A stretch of DNA of 63,736 nucleotides, filler included, from Phoronis australis (lineage: Eukaryota; Animalia; Phoronida): assembly GCA_002633005.1 (NCBI GenBank). It is 10 parts of 10 records of this genome, joined end to end, with 100 filler letters (N's around TTAATTAATTAA, not from the genome) between each part and the next. Parts side by side here need not be neighbours in the genome. Positions count along the whole stretch, not along the records: positions 1 to 3,465 come from NMRA01003002.1; positions 3,566 to 35,489 come from NMRA01001212.1; 8 more parts are not named here. One strand, 5' to 3'. The notes beneath the pieces were generated by a model. The model saw only the letters and a list, made by a program, of their open reading frames with translations. It had not been told where the DNA came from and searched no databases. Position 1 is the first letter of the stretch. The number at the start of each line of letters is the position of its first letter. Positions 1-11,110 of this stretch are shown in pieces. A program made the translations under genes and the position numbers.

Positions 1-627
1 ACATCACTAAATTATCATGGATATACAAACCAATCCAGAGTTTTGTTTCCGTCTGCCATGGGAAAAGTGTTTTTTTTAAGTAAACAGTTTGATAAATAAT
101 CTTCACAAAACACAGAATTATAACAGTCTGTGAACATTATCAAAACTCTGAACACCATATTTACCAGTGACAAGCCATAAAGTTCAGTTACAAAACCCAA
201 TGAATGGTGAATATTTATAGAAGAAATGGAACAGGCAAGTGGAATTTTTAATAATGGTGGCATGTATTTTATGGTCAGTGACCTCTGAACCCAGTTTTGA
301 TGACCTGGATTTTCATTTCATTTTCGTTAAATCACACTTGGCAAGTTGGTGTTAAGCTAAGCGTTGAGCCCTGCAGAGGCAAATGCAAATTATATTAAAA
401 TTTCCACTAGGGAGTGCATTAGTGGTCAGATACATGCAGAAGACAGTAACTACCGTCGTCAGCTCCATAGGAATACATTGGTCAACTTTTATACAGATTT
501 TCCGAAAGGTTTTGGAAATACACAGGGGACGCTGGGGGAGAGAACAGCCGGAGAATAGATGATGGCAATATGCATTTCCATAATGTGTACATGGACGCAT
601 GAAAATGGGGTGACTTTAGACTATAAC

Positions 628-1087
628 CAAGGCTTGGAATTTTCCGCGGAAACGCGGATTTCCACTTTTTTCAAATGTTCTGTCCACGTATTTTATTATA
701 TTTCCGCATAAAAAAATCGGATTTGATAAAAAATTTCCACGGCAAATTTCTTTCTTGCCGCGAAGTTGCTCTTTATGTTTCGGAGGAACGTAAATTGTCA
801 ACATTGCCAGGGCACCTGAGATAGCGTGGTGGATTTCTTCAATGGCATTTCGTGTGACTGTAAACTGCGGTGACAAATACTACGACTCTACAGCCAAAAA
901 TGTGTGGAGGTGGGAGTGGACAGATGAGCTAAAAAGACGCAGACGCACGCTTCTGGAGGTGGTATCTTTTTTTTATAGTCCCGATTTTTATCGGCAAAAG
1001 TACACACTGACATTTTCAAGGCTGGGTGCTCGCATGTTTAGGGCCGTAAAGATTTCCACTTTTTTGTCATGGGTCATTCCAAGACCG
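628..1087. mobile_element. Non-autonomous DNA element (MITE-like), family also present at 62792-63276
   Basis: Starts CAAGGCTTGGAAT and ends ATTCCAAGACCG (imperfect TIR). Clearly alignable by eye with 62792-63270. Confidence 0.65.
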
Positions 1088-3212
1088 CAGGGCTCGACAT
1101 AACGAGCTGCAGGTCGCATTTGCGACCTGAAATTTGGAAATGCGAGCTGAGATTTTTGTCAGCTCGTATCAAGTCGCAAAATGCGACCTGGAATTTCCAA
1201 CGAATGCGAGCTGAGTTTTTACACTTCTCGGCAGATACCTGGCAAATACAAAGCAGCTATTGTTAATCTGACCATTACTTGGTTGTTGCCAAATCCAAGT
1301 TCAAAAGACCACTAACTGAGAACAGCCCTCCCGATGACTTGTAAGCAAGTCACGTGACCATGGGATATGCACAATCGATCCTTGATGCGTTTCATTGGCT
1401 AACATTTTCGGCCACTTATGCAAATTTCCGGATTTGCCGAAGAAAGTTTCGGGCCACATAGGATGTGATAAAACCTCACAAAACAGTGGTGTTTCTATTA
1501 ATTCTTAAGCGATCAACTTATCAAACTTTGTGGTGGACAAATGTTTGTTTTTCGCTTAAGATGTCCTTATTACCTTTACCAAATATCCACGACATTATCT
1601 CTGATATTGCACTGCGGCACTGGTCGGTCCCGTTGTTAGCGTGCAAGCGGTCCCGGCAAGACAATCGTGACTTAGATATGTGCGCCTAGTTTTTATCCCA
1701 TAAGACAGCCAAAGTGAAAATGACAACCTATTAATCCCCAAACGACGATCACATCTTTACTTTCAGTTGCCAAGAAATTCTCAAACCCTATTACTTGTTT
1801 CTCAGTGGGGCTACGTGCGCGAAATATGATTTGTCTTTCACACGTTGTTGCCAACGTAAAGTGTAGGTCAATTCCAGCGAATCAAGTGCGTGAACTCACG
1901 CGTGCGCACTGTTTTGAATCTGTACAACAAACGAGAACAGCGGCAGTCCTAAATGAAAGAGTATACCGGCTTGGCTCTGTCAAGCACCCGGGTGCCAATG
2001 GTTTATTTGAAAATCTGAACTCCGGCGGTTACGATGCTTTACGATATTCCCCGAGACGGATGTAACCCAGAACTGATATTTTCCGGTTCCGATGTTTCTC
2101 GAGGTCGATGTTCTCTAAACCCTATATTCTATGCCCGTAGCCAGCTATTGCAACTAAACGGGTACTAGATGCGAAATTGTGGTTAGCACGGAACTTTTTA
2201 TTCTTCTCTTCATACACCTCCCCCCGCCCCCTCCCCGGCAACTTTTCGTTCCCCTGACCACCGCCTCCGCAAAAATGTTCAGACTCCAATAGAAACAATC
2301 ATGTTCCAGCTGAAGCGGGCAATTAAGAACAAAATTATTCCTTGTGTCTAAAAAGGGTACAGTGTAGGTGGTAACGATATGCAGAAAGTCACCCCTACTA
2401 GATGGAGTTTGCCTCGCAAAGCGGCATTATTATGACGTTTCATTNTTTTGAGAATTTCCAATTAAGCGCCCACAGTTTAGGCTAGCGCCCATCATATCGC
2501 ACTACAAACGACCGCGCGTGGGTTAAAATTGACTCGCAGCCTATATGGTGTGTCACTCTCATTTTACACAATAAATTCCATTTTCAAAAAACGTCTTTTC
2601 TCAATATGTAAAAACCAAATCCCGGCTTTGTTTTATACCTCCGAAACAAAGTTAACACTAGTGACGTGCATGCCGTTTTGTGACTGACCTATTTTCCCCA
2701 TACCTGGAAGGTATTGAGCAAACTTGCCATTACCAGATGGAAACTCGCACGGAGGGAGTCGGGAATTATTTGGAAGCTCTTCACTTCATGAAAAACTAAT
2801 TGTTGAGTACGTAAACAGCATAAGTACCACATTTTTGTTGTGAAATTTGCACTGAATTGTTTATTCAGTTAAAGCATTGTTTCACGGATTTTTTTCGACA
2901 GACGTTTTTCAAACATGAGTTAAGTTGCAAAATGTGGGCTGCGAACAAAAAGCGGAGGTAATTTGCCCTCGGAGTTAGTTCGAATCTTTAACGACTTTGA
3001 TGCCAGCCAGTAGCAGGTCAGACCTAGCAAAATCCCGGATACTTTCTCAACGGGCATTTTCTCCCTTTTCAAATCGCAAACTTAGCTACTCGAATGCACG
3101 TGTCAGTTAGAGAGCACTAATTCAACTTTCACGTCGGGAACTTGACTTGCGACCTGGGATTCTGGCTAGGTCGCAAAATGCGACCTGTCGATTTTAATAG
3201 CGTCGAGCCCTG
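1088..3212. mobile_element. hAT-like non-autonomous DNA transposon
   Basis: 11-bp perfect TIR CAGGGCTCGAC...GTCGAGCCCTG with subterminal AGGTCGCA-TTTGCGACCT palindromes at both ends. No clean 8-bp TSD and no transposase seen. Confidence 0.65.
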
Positions 3213-3465
3213 AGTCCTGTCTAACATTAGGCGAAACATTGGAAAATCCAGGAACTTTCCATTGCGCTATTCCTGGACATCATACCCTCTGATAGGTAAA
3301 CAAAAATCCTGGTACTAAATTGCGCTCCCATTACAATCCCAATTTTGGGTAGTTTAATTTCCCATATTTAAAAGGATACTAATCCCTGGTTTAAAGTCCT
3401 TGTCTCACGCGTTGTTAACCCTTATTACATGGTTAGAAGATGTTATAAGGATCCAAGAAGTACCT

Positions 3466-3565
3466 NNNNNNNNNNNNNNNNNNNNNNNNNNNNNNNNNNN
3501 NNNNNNNNNTTAATTAATTAANNNNNNNNNNNNNNNNNNNNNNNNNNNNNNNNNNNNNNNNNNNN
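3466..3565. other. Artificial contig linker (44N-TTAATTAATTAA-44N); same at 35490-35589, 40734-40833, 43698-43797, 47917-48016, 52103-52202, 57847-57946, 60137-60236, 61834-61933
   Basis: Identical 100-bp structure occurs nine times. The 12-mer gives stop codons in all six frames. Confidence 0.95.
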
Positions 3566-3848
3566 AGGTAGACGTGACGGTTGGCGTTAGCATTGGCTGG
3601 TGAACGGCTGGAGGAGTCGCCGTGGTATTACTGGCGGGCTGAGGGGCGGTCTCCAAGGGCCGAGGTGGATCATCGGCAAGTAAGTCCTTTAATGCATCTC
3701 GAAGTGGTGAACTGTCCCGTAGTTGTGCGAGGAGGTCCGAAGTGAGAGATGAATTGGACGACGGCGGGTGTACAGGTGGCTCTTGGCGAGATGGTCGACG
3801 AGATTGGTATGGCGAAGCAGTTTTGCGGGTTGATTGTCGTCGTGGCAT
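3566..3848 (-). CDS. N-terminus of a basic, Pro/Ser/Thr-rich gag/ORF1-like protein of a retroelement (truncated by gap)
   Basis: MPRRQSTRKTASPYQSRRPSRQEPP...DLLAQLRDSSPLRDALKDLL..., open into the gap. Same strand and same C/T-rich strand bias as the neighbouring SGNH ORF. The gag identity is inference. Confidence 0.45.
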
Positions 3849-4072
3849 GCTGAAAAGGAAAAGTAAAGGGAGCAGAAATGGAACACTGAAACAACAGGCC
3901 AGCACTGTAATGGTTGGAGCCAAGCGGTAAGAAGAACTTGGAGAGTTGAATTACGATGGATAACACTGAACATTACGAATTAAGAAGTAAGAAAGAGATA
4001 TCTGAATGGTCGAACCCATCGTAAGATGGGGATCCATGAATAACTTGGCAAAGTAAACGTAAATGAAAGAGA

Positions 4073-4712
4073 AAGTAGACACCAAAGGTGCAGGACTTGG
4101 AAATGAACAATATAAGCATGTATAGTTTGATCTGGCACGCCCGCATAAAACGGGAGTAATGAATAAAACGAAAGGGAATTGTAAACTGAAGTAAGCACCC
4201 AAGGTGTTACAGATAGACTGGTCCGAATGGCCGAACCAAGCCGTATGAAGAGTAAACTGAAGTAGGCACCCAAGGTGCTACCAGATAGAGTAGTCTCAGG
4301 GAGGACCACTGATGAAGCGTAGACTGAAGTAGACACCCAAGGTGTTACCAGATAGACGGGTCCGAATAGCCGGACCAAGCCGTATGAAGAGTAACTGAAG
4401 TAGGCACCCAAGGTGCTACCAGATAGAGTAGTCCGTGTAGGTGGANGACTTGGAAATGAACAATATAAGCATGTATAGTTTGATCTGGCACGCCCGCATA
4501 AAACGGGAGTAATGAATAAAACAAAAGGGAATTGTAAACTGAAGTAAGCACCCAAGGTGTTACAGATAGACTGGTCCGAATGGCCGGACCAAGCCGTATG
4601 AAGAGTAACTGAAGTAGGCACCCAAGGTGCTACCAGATAGAGTAGTCCGTGTAGGTGGACCACTGTATTGACGTAGTAAACTGAAGTAAACACCCAGTAG
4701 GTTACCAGATAG
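4073..4712. repeat. Array of ~67-72-bp units with a conserved core CTGAAGTARRCACCCAAGGTGYTACCAGATAG and alternating hairpin spacers
   Basis: Core at ~4186, 4257, 4324, 4395, 4539, 4609 and 4681, plus a degenerate copy at ~4073. 4094-4295 is nearly duplicated at 4447-4650 across a single N. Confidence 0.9.
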
Positions 4713-4852
4713 TCGTACCTGAAAGTAGTAATGCAATATATGATTAATGAAAAAAAAGATGGGAAAAGGGACCGAGGAATGGGGCAGTGAGATAATAACA
4801 TGTATACGGAAAATATACCAGGAATTAACTGGGAGTATGCAATAAGGGACAA

Positions 4853-5458
4853 TTACGAAAGGAGACCCAAGCGGCGGAGGTGATGGCCGAAAGCGAAGCG
4901 GACGCTAAGAGCTTGTTTGCGGATGCCTGAAGGGTTGAGGTGAAGGAGGTCAGGGCGGTAAAGGTGTAAAGGATCCTGCCAGAACCCGCCCCTATGGGTC
5001 CAAAGGAAGACTGTGGGATGGTCGGCGAGGAGGCATTTGAGGTGAAAGTTAAGGGATTGGCAACGGGTATTAAAAGTGCCGTCATCGTGGAAACGTAGGA
5101 ACACCATGCCGATGATGACTGACTGCACAGAAGGGTAAGACTGGATGATAGACTCGGAAAACGAAATTAGGTCATGGGCCAGAGACAAAGGGTGAGACTG
5201 GGGATGAGACAGGTCGTTTCCGGCGATCTGTAGGAACACTAAAGTGGCCGAGAATTCGGCGATGGCTGGGGTTAAATGGCGAACAGAACGAGGGCCAGGG
5301 GCGAGGGTGGCCCCGGACAACCCTAAGGAGTTGATGGAGACAGAGGACGCGTGGAAACCCAGATTGGTCAGACCCTGGTCGGTCGCCGCAGGCGAATTGA
5401 GATAGGCGTCCAGCCAACGCACGTAAGAACTGCCCAAAATCAAACAACTAGGTGGCAT
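4853..5458 (-). CDS. SGNH/GDSL hydrolase (esterase) ORF of a retrotransposon, probably tyrosine-recombinase (Ngaro/DIRS) type
   Basis: Intronless 201-aa ORF with all four SGNH blocks: ILGSSYV (Ser), GLSG, QIAGNDL (Asn), DLLHLN (Asp-x-x-His). SGNH domains are known from Ngaro-type YR elements and some LINE ORF1s. Confidence 0.8.
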   Translation of the reverse strand: MPPSCLILGSSYVRWLDAYLNSPAATDQGLTNLGFHASSVSINSLGLSGATLAPGPRSVRHLTPAIAEFSATLVFLQIAGNDLSHPQSHPLSLAHDLISFSESIIQSYPSVQSVIIGMVFLRFHDDGTFNTRCQSLNFHLKCLLADHPTVFLWTHRGGFWQDPLHLYRPDLLHLNPSGIRKQALSVRFAFGHHLRRLGLLS

Positions 5459-5839
5459 ATTTAGTCCAGAACAAGCAGGAAACAAGGTACAATACCTTAA
5501 TGATGTGAAGAGACGGAGAGTGCTGAAACTGCAAAGAGAAATTGAGTGAAAAATGAAAGTTGGAGAGAATTGTGGACGATGGCCCAGTGTTGCAACAAGA
5601 CAAAGAGATCACGTGGTACAATTAAACCAATAATCGTAAAACAAAGAGGGTCACTGACCAGAGAATCCAAACAATATGATAATGAGGAGGAGGCAGTATA
5701 GCTTACATAAAATAATTTAATACTTAAATAATTTTTAGCTCCTTTGGTAACTACCAAGCACATTCTTTTGTCTGGTACGACAACAGGCAGGCCAATTATC
5801 TACCAAGCAAAGCACGTGTCAAACCAAGAGCGGCGAATT

Positions 5840-6190
5840 GGTACCTTCGGAAGAATAGATTGTCGTAACTTCGGTTTTAGTTGGGCGATTTTGGCGATTC
5901 AAAAACTAAACATGATCAGCATTTGAAGAGGAATTCAGAAATGCTATTGATTTATGTTCAAATATGTTATAACTTAAAATTTTAACAGTACAGCCCAGAC
6001 AGGCTAGATACGATCTTATCGGAGATTGGAGCAATTATCGAACAAAAGAAAAGCTGGCTCACCAACCATAAATGTCAGAATGAAGTTAACCAGTCGTGTA
6101 AGATATTGGCTGCAGGGCTCATCTTCCCAACTTGTTGTTGGGCTATAGAATCGTACAAGTTGGCATCTACGACAAAACGCCGTAATGTCC
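5840..6190 (+). repeat. Dispersed repeat, copy of 10590-10950
   Basis: Shared CGTAACTTCGGTT.TAGTTGGGCGATTTTGGCGATTCAAAA...CAGTCGTGTAAGATATTGGCT blocks. Confidence 0.8.
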
Positions 6191-7093
6191 ATTATATAAA
6201 ACATGTGACCTTTGGCCTTAAGAGACTTCAAGCAACTAACTAAGAGCGCATGCGCGCATTCATCATAATTTGGAGGGATATTAGAAACTGTGGTAACGAC
6301 AGAGTTGTTCATTCGCACCTACTTCAAAAATCGTGATCTTTGTGATTTTTTTATGGAAATTATCTCACAAAGAAAATTTAATTACTCTATATTAGACGTT
6401 GCGAGGTAAATACTCTCGTCAGGAACTTCTAACAATATATTCTATGCCTAGTCTTTAAAATCTCGAGTTTAGAATTCATCAAGTGCGAACTTGAATCAGA
6501 AACAACGAGCCCAAACTAATAGTCACTTATCTTGAGTTCGTACAAAAGTAGAACAAAAAATGTCAAGCATAATTCGAGTACAAAAATTAGACCAGAGTCC
6601 GGAAGTACTGTGTTTGACAAAGTTAAATTTCCAAGCCAGGTAAAATTGCAAAAATATGTCGCCACCGCCATTTCACGTAATGACTTGCTGTAACCTCCAA
6701 CTTAGCTGTTGATGCAAAAGTTTTTAGGGTCTAAAACATTGATCACGTGACGCGGATTGGCCTTTATTACATTAAACGTCATTACAAAGTTTTGCAGAGA
6801 TACGTGCCGTTATGACAAAATCGTAGTTTAAAAGCGTGCACTGAATATCAACATTCAATTCATAAAAGTTCACTTTGTTGGTGTTTTGATGAAAACATAT
6901 GAACATGTATAACTATTTCAGCTAGACCCATACATGTCGCTGTTAAGATCCCACAATGATGCGAAAGGTATTGGGAAAACGCAAATTACTGTCTACTAGA
7001 CGACACGTCGCCAGGTTACCCAAACTTCATGACCCGTGATGTAGTTCCATAGTGTTTTGTTTAGTTAAGTTTAAAATCTCTGCTTTTTCCTAG

Positions 7094-7216
7094 GATATGC
7101 AAATGCCGAAAGACTATATGACTACAGCGCGTTTGGACGAGGCCGTGGAAAGATATGGATGGACCATGTTCAGTGTCAAGGAAATGAAACTGACATCGAA
7201 GACTGCATCCACGGCG
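7094..7216 (+). CDS. SRCR/CUB membrane receptor, first visible exon (SRCR1)
   Basis: ag|...|gtgag; GYANAERLYDYSAFGRGRGKIWMDHVQCQGNETDIEDCIHG matches the SRCR FGxGxGxIWxDxVxCxGxE motif. Confidence 0.9.
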
Positions 7217-8044
7217 GTGAGATAACTCTGAAACTTCTTATAAACATGGATTAACGCGTGATTCAACCTCAAACTAACATGCATGATACGATATAACTTC
7301 TTTGTTGTACAAATGGTCATCGTCCTAAAGTGCAACATATAAACAAGGTTCATTGGACTGCTATGGACACTAGTCATCAATACACAAGGTGTACCTCTTT
7401 ACCTGACTTGCGTACTATACGTATTTCAAAACTGAGGTATCTGGATTACGTAACTTTCTTGGAATTTAAACAGAGGGATACTTGTTCAAAGAGTCTCGGA
7501 CCATGACGATTTAGGTGTGATAAAAACACCAAGATACTGTATTTCTAATGCGATACATTTTCATTCTGTTGTTTGTTGAAAAAAAACATTTCTCACAATG
7601 TCTTAAGGAACCTCCATTTCTAAGTACCACAATTATGGATTTCTACAAATTCACAGGCACAGCCCATGAATCACAATATTCACAGCCATAGCCCATGAAT
7701 CACAATACTCACTGAGACAATTCAACATAAGTTGCAAGTCAGACTCCGTTAGAGGGCACAAAACCATGTCACCAGCATAAATAGTGAATTGATATTCGCA
7801 CCATGCTCATCTAAGTAGATGCTATTGAGTTTTTCTAGAAACTCTTTGAGATACATAACAAATGGCAGTTGCCTTTTCGTACATTACGACGAGTACATGT
7901 ACCAATAATGCAATCAAATACATGTAGGTCTGTTAAACCGTCACGTGTTTTAATACATGATCTCAGCTTGCTATATATCGATCGCAGAATTCATAACATA
8001 TTACCATGAATATTAATTTGCATAAGTACGTTAAAAAGTAAAGT

Positions 8045-8480
8045 ATATGGTACTATACCAAAAGCTTTTGAAACGTTAATATATGCCAATACACTGTAGA
8101 ACCAGCCACCTTTCTTGCTTATGAGAGTCTGATATAGGGCATACAAAGAAAATATCTGATCCACAGTCGCCTAACTTTGGCGGAACCCTGCCTGGGCTTC
8201 TATAAGTGGACTGTTACTCTAGGCCCAATTATTCAATCATTTTTTTAGAATGTTGGTAGAGTTTCCCGTTAGCTGACAGAAGCGAAATGCCTGTGTAATT
8301 ATTCTCATCATCCACGTTACCTTGTTTAAACAAGAAAACTAACATCGCATCACAACAAGCCTGGGGAAAGCAACCCGACTGAAAACTTACACTGAGCAAT
8401 CTATGCAGAATCATCACAACGAAATTCACATTTTAAAATTTCAAAAGTAAATCCATCAATGCCAGCGGCCAGTCAGATCA
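8045..8480 (-). pseudogene. Degenerate non-LTR retrotransposon reverse transcriptase fragment
   Basis: SGCFPQA...LFKQGNVDDENNYTGISLLSANGKLY, then EAQAGFRQS*ATVDQIFSL...SKAF, with stops and frameshifts. Confidence 0.8.
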
Positions 8481-8612
8481 CCATGCATGATAACAAGTTT
8501 CAAGTGACACAATCATTTGCAGTGATACAATAATCGTCTACAATTGATTTAGCCCACACTCTTTGCCGTTAATTTTTTGCTCAGCATTCACTCATCTTTA
8601 AATTTCGGTCAG

Positions 8613-8795
8613 GGTGGGGGTCTCGCGAGTGCGACCAACACCATAGGCGTGATGTCGGTGTAGTGTGCTCTGTCGAAAATCTCTTCGACATCCGTCTGCG
8701 AAATGGCACAGCTTCTCACAAAGGACGACTCGAAGTAAAGCAAAACCACTCGTGGGGAGCGGTCAATTCCCAACTGTTTGGTCTCGTTGAAGCCC
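8613..8795 (+). CDS. SRCR/CUB receptor exon (end of SRCR1, start of SRCR2)
   Basis: GWGSRECDQHHRRDVGVVCS...IRLRNGTASHKGRLEVKQNHSWGAV; phase 1/1, ag/gtgag. Confidence 0.9.
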
Positions 8796-9010
8796 GTGAG
8801 TAGTCTTTACGAACACACTGAAATATGCTAATTACAAAACAATGTCACTTTTGGACTTTTGAAAAATGAGCAAAGTAGCGCTCAATAACTTTGGCTTTGT
8901 TTTATGCATTTTCCAAAAGATTATTCCTAACAGATCGGGTCACTTCATTCCGGGAGTGTTTAAAACTGAGAATGCGACTAGTTACCACAATCGTTTTCTT
9001 TGTCTCATAG

Positions 9011-9171
9011 GTGTTGCCTGCCGTCAATTGGGTTTCGCTGATGTCGTGGATTTGAAAGAGTTTCACGATGTGCCGTCTTACGTGAACAAAACCTTGGAGC
9101 AGGTTCAATGCCAGGGGAATGAAATATCCTTGGCAGAGTGTAACCTACGCTGGGGAGGACAGTTCAGTAAG
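9011..9171 (+). CDS. SRCR/CUB receptor exon (SRCR2)
   Basis: VACRQLGF...VQCQGNEISLAECNLRWGGQFSK|gtaac; phase 1/0. Confidence 0.88.
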
Positions 9172-9959
9172 GTAACACTCGTAGTTCCTCACGGTAAGGT
9201 ACATGTACCAGTTGCAGTTTATCTAATCACTGGGTCGCCAAAAGTCGATCTCGCGCTGTACCCTGCTTAAAGATTCCTCACCATACATTTTTTTAGTTTT
9301 TGAGGTTTTACTTAAACACAATACCAAACGAATAAGCACATTTTATTTCCATATAGAAGCGAATTTTTTTTTTAATTTTGAAGAAAAATTAGTTATTTCC
9401 AAGTTTCGTGCCAAATGATGTAATAGATGGAAGACGTTTAGTCACTTGAAACAACTGCAATGGCGGAACACAGCCGATTAGAAGACGAGGACGATTTTTA
9501 GCGAGAACTGGACAAATATATGCAGACAAAGAGGAGAGTGCGGGATGCGGGCATCACACTCAAGTACACTGTAGCCTACGTGAAGAATCAGACAACGAAT
9601 TTGACTTCCCACTTAGCGAACTTTCCTTGGTTTTAAGGCTGTAGGAACTCGACTCACTTGTACAAGAATTGCTGAAGACATAGTAAGTGAGGCACAACCA
9701 ACTGAACCAAGGGGTTGTCAATATTCACAAAACAGACACTTAATAATCACTGACAAAGGCCACAGTAAACCTGGGTCACTCGTATTCACTATTGTCATGA
9801 TGGACGGTCTAAACACAATGGATAAGCGTACGAGTATCGTAGCAGCCGATCTTGGCCGGTGATGATGATCAGCTGGCATCACTATTGCTCTTGAATGGAC
9901 GCACTTTGTTCGTTATTTATGAAGTTTGCAATACACTTCAAAAGCGGCAAACCTCCTCG

Positions 9960-11110
9960 TAACGCCGCTTTTGGGCTTGGTCGAAACACGATTCCTTGAA
10001 ATGTGCCAAACAAATATGACGTCGTTCTCCCTTTCAGTGACTTTACCAGACGTTGACGATTGTGAGTGAGCGTGTGATAACGTCTAGCTTCTTTGTTAAC
10101 TGCTAAGCACAGTCTTTTGTTTGGTATCGGGCCACAGGCAGACCAGTTACCGGGCCCGGTCTCCAATCTTTTTACTCGGAATGGAACTCGAAATTTGGTT
10201 TGGCATTTTCTACTCTACTTTTGGGCGAAATCAAGATAAGTGTCTATTATTCTGTGCTCGAGTACACAATAACTTACGTAGATAATTTATTGCCCTTAGT
10301 TCACAGTTTGTAAACCCAATATTAAAGCAATAAGTTCGAGTTTGAACTCGAAATTTCGAGTTTTTACTCGAGTTTGTAGCACGAATATAAGTGTCTTCAA
10401 GGGCAAACTTGAACTAGAAACTCCTATGCATAAACTATAATGTATTCGAGCACAGTCCGATAACCAATTGTCTTAAGTTCGCACAAAATGAGCGGAGAAA
10501 TTGCCAAAAATAGTTCCGAGTTCGTTTCGAATACAAAGATTAGAAACCGGGCCCAGGCTTATTACAGACCACATGTGAACACAGTCAAACCCACAGCAAA
10601 TTGGTACGTTCGGAAAGAATGGATTGCCGTAACTTCGGTTGTAGTTGGGCGATTTTGGCGATTCAAAATCTAAACATAATCAGCATTTGACGAAGAATGC
10701 AGAAATGCTATTTATTCATGTTCAAATATTTTATAATTTAACTTTTATTTTTAACAGCACAGCCCAGTCAGGCTAGATATGATCTTCTTGGAGATTTATA
10801 GAACAAAAGAGAGCTGGCCCTCCAGCCATAACTGCCAGAAAGGAGTTAATCAGTCGTGTAAGATATTGGCTACAGGGGTCATCTTCCCAACTAGTTGTTG
10901 AGCTATAGAATCGAACAAGTTGGGAGCAACGGGAAAACGCGGTAATCGGGTATGGCTCCTGACTGAATCGCATGTGCCACACTCTCATGCAGCGCACACA
11001 GAAGCCGATACCATTTCTGTGCAACTTCCACGTACTTAGGACATTTGAACACAGAGACGTTCTCAGTCAAGTTGCTTTTACTACAGCCTCCACAAACGCA
11101 CCTTTCATGT
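9960..11110 (-). pseudogene. Fragmented THAP zinc-finger coding relic of a DNA transposon
   Basis: RCVCGGCSKSNLTENVSVFKCPKYVEVAQKW (~11105-11010) and ICLAHFKESCF (~10015-9980) match the THAP C-x-C...W...C-x-x-HF signature. Interrupted by a MITE. Confidence 0.5.
10153..10553. mobile_element. PIF/Harbinger-type MITE
   Basis: TIR GGCCCGGTCTCCAATCT...AGATTAGAAACCGGGCC, flanked by CCG/CAG. Same family as 23094-24474. Confidence 0.75.

Noticed and set aside
3510-3521. TTAATTAATTAA as a biological motif
   Set aside because: Always centred in 100-bp N blocks; it is a synthetic six-frame stop linker.
4447-4650. Split direct repeat or real duplication of 4094-4295
   Set aside because: It begins exactly at a single N, like the duplication at 38958, so it is probably an overlap or haplotype assembly artefact. 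True unit count is uncertain.
4073-4712. True CRISPR array or TIGR/box C-D guide array
   Set aside because: Eukaryotic context, no cas or Nop-domain gene, and spacers are repeated and related rather than unique. Only one unit has TGATGA.
3980-4852. 290-aa ORF on the minus strand
   Set aside because: It is the translation of the tandem array, spans an N and has no protein-like features.
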